Shown piece by piece: positions 50,835-58,271 of a DNA stretch of 64,000 nt. Under the pieces are notes generated by a model. It saw only the letters and a list, made by a program, of their open reading frames with translations. It ran no database searches and had not been told where the DNA came from. The translations under genes and the position numbers were made by a program. Origin of the DNA: an uncultured Solirubrobacterales bacterium (GTDB taxonomy: Bacteria > Actinomycetota > Thermoleophilia > Solirubrobacterales > Solirubrobacteraceae); assembly GCA_963735885.1 (NCBI GenBank), contig CAVTMP010000010.1:95016-159015 (forward strand). The letters are read 5' to 3'. Position 1 is the stretch's first letter, and each line of letters starts with the position of its first letter.

Positions 50835-51616
50835 GTCCTCCGCGGCGGGCGCGGGAAGAAGCCGCTCGTCCGCGCGACGTAGGCCTCGTAGCCCTCGCGT
50901 CGCCGCGACAGCGAACGCTCGAGCAGCGCCGCGCCGCTCACGCGGATGAGCAGGACCGACATGAGGATCGGCCCGATCGCGGTCCACCACGCGCTGCCGG
51001 TCGACGCGGCCACGAGGTAGAGGCCCCACCACACGCAGAAGTCGCCGAAGTAGTTCGGGTGGCGGGTCCAGCTCCACAGGCCGCGGTCCATGACCTTCCC
51101 GCGGTTCGACGGGTCGGCCTTGAAGCGCGTGAGCTGCGCGTCGCCGATCGCCTCGAAGGCGAGGCCGAGCGCCCACAGCGCCGCGCCGGCCCAGTCGAGC
51201 GCCCCGAGGCCCGCCGGCGTGGGATCGAGCTGGCCGACCTGCACCGGCAGCGAGACGACCCACATCAGGAGTCCCTGGACCCAGAAGACGACGACGAGGC
51301 TGCGCAGCGGCCAGCGCGCGCCGTGGCGCTTGCGCATCGCGGCGTAGCGGAAGTCCTCGCCCTTCCCGAGGTTGCGTCGCGCGAGGTACAGGGTGAGCCG
51401 CAGCCCCCAGATCGTCGTGAGCACCGAGAGCAGGAGGCCCCGGTCCTGCGACCCGTCGGCGACCGCGTAGGTGACCCAGGCGATCACGACGAAGCCCGAG
51501 CCCCAGAAGACGTCGACGATCGACGTGTCGCGCACCGCGACGCTGAGCGCCCAGAGCCCGGTGGTGAGGGCGAGCACCACGCCCGCGTTGAGCAGGAGGA
51601 CGGCGCCGTCGCTCAC
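50831..51616 (-). CDS. DUF1295 family membrane protein (steroid 5-alpha-reductase/ICMT-like fold)
   Basis: GTG at 51616 overlaps the upstream stop (GTGA). It has the C-terminal block WSWTRHPNYFGDFCVWWG. Confidence 0.75.
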   Translation of the reverse strand: MSDGAVLLLNAGVVLALTTGLWALSVAVRDTSIVDVFWGSGFVVIAWVTYAVADGSQDRGLLLSVLTTIWGLRLTLYLARRNLGKGEDFRYAAMRKRHGARWPLRSLVVVFWVQGLLMWVVSLPVQVGQLDPTPAGLGALDWAGAALWALGLAFEAIGDAQLTRFKADPSNRGKVMDRGLWSWTRHPNYFGDFCVWWGLYLVAASTGSAWWTAIGPILMSVLLIRVSGAALLERSLSRRREGYEAYVARTSGFFPRPPRRT

Positions 51617-52713
51617 GGGCCCGCGGCCGGCCTCGGGCTGGCGCGCCGCCCCGGGCGCCCGGGCCGGGCCGGCCGGGCGGCGGCGCTCGCCTCCATCGCG
51701 GCGACCCAGGCGTCGACCGCCTGCCAGGTCTCGTAGAGCCAGGCCACGCGCTCGGCGCGACCCGCCGGGATCTCGGCGCGCGGGATCCGCGTGAAGCGCA
51801 CGGTGATCGTCCGCCCCACGAGCGCCCCGCGCCAGATGTCCGAGACGAGCCGCAGCCCGTCGAAGCCGTGGTGGGCGAGGACGACGACGTCGGCGCCGGG
51901 CGCGCCGTCGAGCAGCGCAAGCGTGCCGCCGGTCCGCGGCGGCAGCAGGTGCTCGATCCGCTCGGCCCGCGCCGCGAGCGCCGGGTCGTGCTCGGCGATC
52001 CGGGCGATCGCGCGCCGCCGCCGCTCCTCGGTGAACCGCGTGCCCTCGGGGTAGATGAGGACGCCGTCGACGGGCCCCAGGCCCTCGGCGAGCGCCCGCA
52101 CCCGGGCCACCTCGTCGCGTGCGCCGGTGCCGCGGCGCACGAAGTAGTTGGGCAGGCGCTTGCCCGCGACGTCGAGGCACGGGTCGGAGAGCAGCTCGCG
52201 CTTGAGCACGTAGCGCAGCCGGAGGCCGTGCGGGCGCGCGACGAGGTTGGCGGGCAGGAGGTTGTCGACGATGCTCGCGTGGCGGATGAGGACGATCGCC
52301 GGCCCCGGCGCGACGACGTCGTCCCCGGTCACGACGACGCGCAGGCCGAACAGCCGGCGGGCCGCGCCGAACATCCACGCCGCCCAGCGCTGCTGGAAGG
52401 CCCACGTGCGGTCGCGCAGCCAGGCGCCGCGGCGACCGAAGCCCGCGGCGACCCAGAGGCCCAGCAGCGCCGCAAGCCCGAGGGTCTCGCCGGCCAGGTA
52501 GACCCAGAGGAAGCAGAGCAGCCGGGTCGCCATCCACGGCGTCCGCCGCGCGATCCAGCGGACGAGATCGACGACGACGGCGAGGACGAGGAGCGCCGGG
52601 AAGAGCGCCGTGACGAGCACGAGGCCGAGGACGACCGGCGGCACCGTGCGCAGGCGGCGCCGCACGACCTCGCCCCGTGTCTCGTCCAGACCACCACGCT
52701 CCATGCCCGTCAT
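51613..52713 (-). CDS. Membrane-bound lysophospholipid/glycerol-phosphate acyltransferase (PlsC family)
   Basis: ATG at 52713, N-terminal TM helices, the HX4D motif RHASIVDN, and YPEGTR. Confidence 0.8.
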   Translation of the reverse strand: MTGMERGGLDETRGEVVRRRLRTVPPVVLGLVLVTALFPALLVLAVVVDLVRWIARRTPWMATRLLCFLWVYLAGETLGLAALLGLWVAAGFGRRGAWLRDRTWAFQQRWAAWMFGAARRLFGLRVVVTGDDVVAPGPAIVLIRHASIVDNLLPANLVARPHGLRLRYVLKRELLSDPCLDVAGKRLPNYFVRRGTGARDEVARVRALAEGLGPVDGVLIYPEGTRFTEERRRRAIARIAEHDPALAARAERIEHLLPPRTGGTLALLDGAPGADVVVLAHHGFDGLRLVSDIWRGALVGRTITVRFTRIPRAEIPAGRAERVAWLYETWQAVDAWVAAMEASAAARPARPGRPGRRASPRPAAGP

Positions 52714-52797
52714 GACTACCACGCGCGGGGCCCGCCCGCCATCGCCGGGGCGCCCGGCCGCTCGGGGCCGCGGCGGCCGTCCTCTACCCTGGGCCCC

Positions 52798-53268
52798 ATG
52801 CCCGCCTCCCCCAAGCCCGGCGACCCGGCGCCCGACTTCACGCTCGAGGGCACGGAGGGCTCGTTCACCCTCTCCGAGCATCGCGGCGAGCGGGTCGTGC
52901 TCCTCTTCTACCCGGGCGACAACACGCCGGTCTGCACCCGCCAGTTCTGCTCCTACCGCGACCAGGCCGACGACATGTCGGGGCTCGACGCCGTCGTCGT
53001 GGGCATCTCCGCGCAGGGTGTCGACTCGCACCGCGAGTTCTCGGCGCAGCACGGGCTCACGGTCCCGCTGCTGGCCGACGAGGACAGCGCCGTCGCCCGC
53101 GCGTACGGCGCGCACTCGGCGCTGACCGGCACGAAGCGCGCGGTCGTGATCGTCGACGAGGACGGCGTCGTGCGCCATCGCCACGACCACCGGCTCGGGC
53201 TCGACTTCCAGACGGCCGACGACCTGCGCGACGCGCTCGCCGCGCTGCCCGCCCGCTCGGAGAGCTGA
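52798..53268 (+). CDS. bcp: Thiol peroxidase Bcp (peroxiredoxin)
   Basis: 156 aa with FYPGDNTPVCTRQFC. A TACCCT box sits 7 nt upstream of the ATG. Confidence 0.9.
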   Translation: MPASPKPGDPAPDFTLEGTEGSFTLSEHRGERVVLLFYPGDNTPVCTRQFCSYRDQADDMSGLDAVVVGISAQGVDSHREFSAQHGLTVPLLADEDSAVARAYGAHSALTGTKRAVVIVDEDGVVRHRHDHRLGLDFQTADDLRDALAALPARSES

Positions 53269-53346
53269 GCGCGCTCCCGCCCGCTCGGGGCGCCGCGGCG
53301 GTCCCCCGCCCACTCGGGGCGCCGCCCCGCGCCCGCCCGTTCGTGG
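53248..53346. repeat. Four tandem copies of a roughly 28-bp unit beginning CCCGCCCRYTCG
   Basis: Copies start at 53248 (inside the bcp 3' end), 53276, 53305 and 53332, giving periods of 28, 29 and 27 bp. Confidence 0.6.
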
Positions 53347-53415
53347 AGCCGAGCAGCCCGGAGGGCCGCGCCTCCCGTTGGTCCGGCGACACCGCGGCGG
53401 GACGGCGTGTCCGGA

Positions 53416-54378
53416 TCAGCGCACGATCAGCACCGGCTTGCCGACCGCCCGGCGCGCCGCGAGCGCGCGGAGCGCGTCGGCCCCGCGCTCGAGCGGGTAG
53501 CGCTCGCCGACCACCGGGTCGATCGCGCCGGCGGCGTGGAGCTCGGCGATCCGGGCCGCCGCCGCGCGCGGGTAGCCGGGCTCGACGGCGAGGAAGCCGC
53601 CCCAGTTCACCCCGACGAGCGCGACGTTGCGGAGCAGCAGGCGGTTCACGGCGACCTCGGGGATCTCGCCCGAGGCGAAGCCGATGACGAGCAGCCGCCC
53701 CTCGGGCGCGAGCGCCCGGAGGCTCTGCCCGAGGATCTCGCCGCCGACCGGGTCCACCACGACGTCGGCTCCGCGCCCGCCGGTGAGCTCGCGGACCGCC
53801 GCGACCCAGTCCTCGCCGGGATCGAGCGCGACCTCCGCCCCGGCCGCGACCGCCGCGTCGCGCTTCTCGGGCGTCCCGGCCACCGCGATCGGCCGGCCAC
53901 CCAGGCCGCGCGCGACCTGCAGCGCCGCGGTGCCCACCCCGCCCCCGGCGCCGTGGACGAGCACCGTCTCGCCCGCGCGCAGCCCCGCGCGACGCTCGAG
54001 CGCGAAGAGCGCGGTGTGGTGGTTCATGACCAGGCCGGCGGCCGCGGCGAAGCCCATCCCGACGGGGATGGGGAACGTCGTGGCCGCTGGCGCCGCGGCG
54101 ACCTCCGCGAAGCCGCCGAGCGCGGTCACCGCGCACACGCGATCGCCCGCGGCGACCTCCGCGCCCGCGGGCGCCGCACGCACGACGCCGGCCACCTCGA
54201 TGCCCGGCACGAACGGCGGGTCGGGGCGGATCTGGTACTCGCCGCGGGTGAGCAGCAGGTCGGGGAAGCCGACGCCGGCGGCGTGGACGTCGATGAGCAC
54301 CGTGCCGGGCGCGGGCTCCGGCTCCGGGACCTCGGCGATCGCCAGCGCGTCCGGGCCCTCGAGCGCGGACAGGCGCAA
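53416..54378 (-). CDS. NADPH:quinone oxidoreductase (zeta-crystallin-like MDR)
   Basis: Intact 320-aa ORF (TTG start in the track) with VHGAGGGVGTAALQ and typical MDR blocks. Confidence 0.85.
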   Translation of the reverse strand: MRLSALEGPDALAIAEVPEPEPAPGTVLIDVHAAGVGFPDLLLTRGEYQIRPDPPFVPGIEVAGVVRAAPAGAEVAAGDRVCAVTALGGFAEVAAAPAATTFPIPVGMGFAAAAGLVMNHHTALFALERRAGLRAGETVLVHGAGGGVGTAALQVARGLGGRPIAVAGTPEKRDAAVAAGAEVALDPGEDWVAAVRELTGGRGADVVVDPVGGEILGQSLRALAPEGRLLVIGFASGEIPEVAVNRLLLRNVALVGVNWGGFLAVEPGYPRAAAARIAELHAAGAIDPVVGERYPLERGADALRALAARRAVGKPVLIVR

Positions 54379-54715
54379 GGCCCTCGGCCCGCGACTCGCC
54401 GCCGCGAGGCCCGCGACCTCGCCGCCGGGCGCCCGGCCGGGCCGGCCGGCTCCCCGGCGGCCGGCTCGACCCTCGTCGCGTCGCGGCCGAGCAGCAGCGA
54501 CACGACGAGCAGGCCGCCGAGCATCGTCGGCCGGTCGATCCGCTCCGCCGCGCCGTCCCGCGTCACGCGCGGCACCCTAGCGCCCGGCCTGGCGCCTCCG
54601 GACGGCGAGCGTCCGGGCGCCAGGTCGAGGGGCCGGACGCCGACCGCCCAACCGGCGAGCGGCCCGCCGCCGTACCTCCGCGCGATCCGACGCACATCCC
54701 CAAGGAGGAATCCAC

Positions 54716-55213
54716 GTGAAGCGCATCGCCATCCTCGCCGTCGCCGTCGTGGCGTTGGCCGTCCCGGCCGCGGCGCCCGCCGCGTCCAAGCCGGGCACGA
54801 TCGTCGACGTCGCCGCCGGCAACAAGCAGTTCTCCACCCTCGTCTCCCTCGTCAAGAAGGCCGGCCTGGTCAAGGCCCTCTCGTCGAAGAAGGGCAAGCT
54901 CACCGTGTTCGCGCCGACGAACGCGGCGTTCGCGAAGCTCGGCAAGAAGACCTTGGCGGCGGTCGGCAAGGACAAGAAACTCCTGACCTCGATCCTCACC
55001 TACCACGTCGTGAAGGGCGCGGTGCCGGCCGCCACCGTGGTGAAGCTGAACGGCAAGAAGGTGAAGACGCTGAACGGCAAGAAGGTGAAGATCACCGTCC
55101 GCAAGGGCCCGAGGGTCTTCGTGAACTCCTCGCGGGTCGTCAAGACCGACGTGAAGGCCAGCAACGGCATCATCCACGTCATCGACCGGGTGCTCATCCC
55201 GCCGAAGGGGTAG
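54716..55213 (+). CDS. Secreted fasciclin (FAS1) domain protein
   Basis: AAGGAGG RBS, GTG start and signal peptide. It has TVFAPTNAAF and NGIIHVIDRVLIP. It also contains an in-frame 24-bp tandem duplication. Confidence 0.9.
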   Translation: MKRIAILAVAVVALAVPAAAPAASKPGTIVDVAAGNKQFSTLVSLVKKAGLVKALSSKKGKLTVFAPTNAAFAKLGKKTLAAVGKDKKLLTSILTYHVVKGAVPAATVVKLNGKKVKTLNGKKVKITVRKGPRVFVNSSRVVKTDVKASNGIIHVIDRVLIPPKG

Positions 55214-55239
55214 CCCGCCCCGCCCGAAGGACGCACGCA

Positions 55240-55269
55240 GCGAGGGGCGCCCGACCGGGCGCCCCTCGC
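55240..55269 (+). terminator. Perfect 13-bp stem hairpin downstream of the fasciclin gene
   Basis: gcgaggggcgccc-gacc-gggcgcccctcgc. There is no U-tract, so it is an I-shaped terminator. Confidence 0.6.
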
Positions 55270-55332
55270 ACGTCCGGGCCGGTGCGCGCAAACGAGCGGG
55301 GCCCGGGCGGCGCGCGAACGGGCGCGTCGGGA

Positions 55333-56115
55333 GTGGACGCTAGGCTCGGCGCCCCGGTGCGCTACGTCGTCTGCACGATCCTCGGCCTGGGCGCGTTCGC
55401 GTTCGGGCTGACGGTCTTCGACGGCGGTCTCCACGAGCTGCTGAAGATCGGCACGTGCGCCTCGGGCGGGCCCTACGTGTCCGCCCGGCCCTGTCCGAGC
55501 GGGACCGAGCGCTACATCCTCTCCCTCTTCGGCGGGATCGTGCTCGGGCTGATCGGCCTCGGGGTCTGGGCCGCGCGCGGCCGCGCGCCGGGGGCGAGCG
55601 CCTCGGGCCCGGGCGGCGCGGTGCTGGGCGCCGGGCTCCTCGGCTGGTGCGGGCTCTTCCTCTCGGCCGGCATCGTCTGCCTCGTCGCGGCGCTCCGCGG
55701 TGGCCTCGGGCCAGGCGCCGCGACCGGCGCGTGGATCGTGGCCGGCGTCTTCATCCCGATGGGGCTGATCCCCCTGCTCGCCGCCCTCGCCGCGCTGCCC
55801 GGGCGCCGGCGCAGGCGGCGGGCCGATGGCGGCGCCGGATCAGCGCCGACAGCGGAGCCGCCGAGCGTCGGCGGGCTGCCGGGCATCCCGGGCAGCCTCT
55901 CGCCGGGCGCCACGCTGGAGGCGGCGCCGGCGGAGGCCTCGGGACTGCCGGGGGACGCGCCCGCGCCGGCGTCCCCCCGGCCCGCGGCGCGGACCCCCGC
56001 GGCCACACCCGACCCGGCCGACCAGATCCGCGAGCTCGCGGCGCTGCGGGACCGCGGCGTCCTCTCCGCCGCCGAGTTCGACGCCGCGAAGCGGCGGCTC
56101 CTGGAGCGCATGTAG
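55333..56115 (+). CDS. Polytopic membrane protein with C-terminal SHOCT domain
   Basis: GTG at 55333 (or 55357). Four to five hydrophobic helices and a Pro/Ala-rich linker, ending in IRELAALRDRGVLSAAEFDAAKRRLLERM (SHOCT-like). Confidence 0.65.
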   Translation: MDARLGAPVRYVVCTILGLGAFAFGLTVFDGGLHELLKIGTCASGGPYVSARPCPSGTERYILSLFGGIVLGLIGLGVWAARGRAPGASASGPGGAVLGAGLLGWCGLFLSAGIVCLVAALRGGLGPGAATGAWIVAGVFIPMGLIPLLAALAALPGRRRRRRADGGAGSAPTAEPPSVGGLPGIPGSLSPGATLEAAPAEASGLPGDAPAPASPRPAARTPAATPDPADQIRELAALRDRGVLSAAEFDAAKRRLLERM

Positions 56116-56117
56116 CC

Positions 56118-56738
56118 GTGCCCGCGATCCCGGTCATCACGACGATCGCCGGGCTCGCACTGGGCGTGTGGGGCGGCCTGCAGGCGGTCGACGCGATCCG
56201 CATCGACCTGCCGGGGGCGCGCACCGTCCGGCTGCCGGGTGGCGGGACGGTCTCGGTGCCCCAGCCGGCGGGCCGCGACCCCGAGAGCGTGCGGGGCACC
56301 GCCCCCGAGTCGCTGCTGCACGCCGCCCAGGTGCGGCGGGTGCGGCGCACGCTCGCCGCGGCCGGCGGCCGTGGCCGCCAGGTCCACTACCTGCGGCTGG
56401 CTGCCGGCCGGGCGAACGCGGAGGTCGGCGACGCCGACGGCGCGACGCTGCTGCAGGTCGAGCCCGACGGCGACCGGGGCGTGCGCACGACCTCGACGAT
56501 CGACCTCGCCGTCGGCTCCAGCGCGGGCTTCGCCGCCGCGCGGATCGATCCGCGCGCGCCGGGGAGGATCGTGCGCGGGATGGCGCGCCTGCGTCGCGGC
56601 GTGAGCGCCGACGACGTCGACTACATGGTGCTGAGCCCGTCCGGGGGCGCCCTGCTGTGGGTCGCCTTCCTGAAGTCCGGCTCGCCGCGCTCGTTCCTGG
56701 CCACGGCCGCCGGCCGGGTCGAGCGGGCAAACGGGTAG
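56118..56738 (+). CDS. Membrane-anchored hypothetical protein
   Basis: GTG lies 2 nt after the upstream stop. One N-terminal TM helix (IPVITTIAGLALGVWGGL). The remainder has no motif I recognise. Confidence 0.5.
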   Translation: MPAIPVITTIAGLALGVWGGLQAVDAIRIDLPGARTVRLPGGGTVSVPQPAGRDPESVRGTAPESLLHAAQVRRVRRTLAAAGGRGRQVHYLRLAAGRANAEVGDADGATLLQVEPDGDRGVRTTSTIDLAVGSSAGFAAARIDPRAPGRIVRGMARLRRGVSADDVDYMVLSPSGGALLWVAFLKSGSPRSFLATAAGRVERANG

Positions 56739-56790
56739 CCGGCCCGCCGACACCTCCACACCGCGCGCAGGCGGCGCGGAACCCGACCGT

Positions 56791-57447
56791 CTAGCGCTTG
56801 CGCGCGAGCGTGAGCCCGTCGGCCACGCCGAGCATCGCGACGTCCACCCGCTCGTCGACCGCGATCGCCCGGTTCAGGGCGTCGATCGCCTGGGCGCCCG
56901 GCGCGTCGTCGGGCGGGTCGAGCACCGAGCCCCACATCAGCACGTTGTCGATCGCCACGAGGCCGCCGGGGCGCAGCCGCGCGAGCACCTCCTCGTAGTA
57001 CGCCGGATAGCCCTCCTTGTCGGCGTCGATGAACGCGAAGTCGAACGCCTCCTCGGCGGGAAGGGCCGCGAGGGTCTCGAAGGCCGGGCCGACCCGGATC
57101 TCGGCGCGGTCGGCGAGGCCGGCGGCGGCGAGGTTGTCCCCCGCCGTCCGCGCGCGCTCCGGGTCCAGCTCGCAGCAGATCAGCTCGCCTTCCGCGGGAA
57201 GGCCGCGCGCGATGCAGATCGCGCTGTAGCCGGTGAACGTGCCGACCTCCAGCGCCCGCCGAGCGCCGATCGCGCGCACGAGCAACGTGAGGAACGCGCC
57301 CTGGTCCGGGGCGACCTGCATGACGGCGATGTCGCCGAGCGCGGCCGTCTCCTCCCGGACCCGCCGCAGCACCTCGTCCTCGCGCGCGCCGTGCGCGACG
57401 AGGTAGTCGTGGAGCTCGGGCGTCAGCGCGGTGAACTTGCCGACCAC
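56791..57447 (-). CDS. Class I SAM-dependent O-methyltransferase (caffeoyl-CoA OMT-like)
   Basis: Motifs LEVGTFTGYS, FIDADK and the GGLVAIDNVLMWG block. Confidence 0.85.
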   Translation of the reverse strand: MVGKFTALTPELHDYLVAHGAREDEVLRRVREETAALGDIAVMQVAPDQGAFLTLLVRAIGARRALEVGTFTGYSAICIARGLPAEGELICCELDPERARTAGDNLAAAGLADRAEIRVGPAFETLAALPAEEAFDFAFIDADKEGYPAYYEEVLARLRPGGLVAIDNVLMWGSVLDPPDDAPGAQAIDALNRAIAVDERVDVAMLGVADGLTLARKR

Positions 57448-57499
57448 GCGCCGACCCTACTACCGGCGGCGCCGCGAGCCCCGCGCGATCCGACGGCTG

Positions 57500-58171
57500 C
57501 TAGCGGGACGCCAGGAAGAAGTAGATGAGCTGGCCGAGGGAGGCGACGAAGCCCGCCACGTAGGTCATGGCCGCCGCGCTCAGCACCTTCCGCGCCCCGG
57601 TGATCTCGTCCTCCGCCAGGAGGCCGCCCTGCTCGAGGGCGACGAGCGCGCGGCGCGAGGCGTCGAACTCCACCGGCAGCGTCACGAGCTGGAAGAGCAC
57701 GACGGCGAGGAACAGCACCAGCCCGACGGTGACGAGGCCGGTCGACTGGATCAGCAGGCCGATGACGACCGGGAGGAACCACAGCTGCTGGCCGATCGTC
57801 GCGGCGGGCACGAACGTCTGGCGCACGCGCATCGGCCACCAGTGGCGCGCGTCCTGGATCGCGTGCCCGGCCTCGTGGGCGGCGACGCCGAGCGCCGCGA
57901 CGCTCGAGGCCGCGCCGACGTCGGCGGAGAGGTTGAGCGTCTTGTCGCGCGGGTCGTAGTGGTCGGAGAGCCGGCCCGAGGACTCGCGGATCGAGACGCC
58001 CGGCAGGCCGGAGCTCCGCAGCACGGCGGCCGCCGCCTGCGCCCCGGTCATGCCGTTGCGCGGGGCGACCCGCGAGTAGCGCTTGAACGTGCGCGACACG
58101 GACATCTGGGCGGCGAGCCCGAGCAGCAGCGGAATCCCGGCACAGACCGCGAAGAGCGTGAAGTTCGACAT
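57500..58171 (-). CDS. Membrane zinc metallopeptidase (YugP/PF04298-like)
   Basis: Motifs DHYDP and HEAGHAIQ, plus C-terminal TM helices. Confidence 0.8.
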   Translation of the reverse strand: MSNFTLFAVCAGIPLLLGLAAQMSVSRTFKRYSRVAPRNGMTGAQAAAAVLRSSGLPGVSIRESSGRLSDHYDPRDKTLNLSADVGAASSVAALGVAAHEAGHAIQDARHWWPMRVRQTFVPAATIGQQLWFLPVVIGLLIQSTGLVTVGLVLFLAVVLFQLVTLPVEFDASRRALVALEQGGLLAEDEITGARKVLSAAAMTYVAGFVASLGQLIYFFLASR

Positions 58172-58271
58172 GGGCGAGACGGTAGCGCCGCCGGCTCAAG
58201 CGGCGGTGAAGTCGGCGCGCCCGGGAGCGCCGCGCGACACGGGGCGGGCGATCCCGGATACCGTCGCGCCC

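Noticed and set aside
54126-54695. 189-aa minus-strand ORF upstream of the quinone oxidoreductase, containing a TM-like stretch (MLGGLLVVSLLLG)
   Set aside because: It overlaps the QOR N-terminus in another frame. The rest is Arg/Pro-rich. The region is better explained as the 337-bp divergent promoter spacer between QOR and the fasciclin gene.
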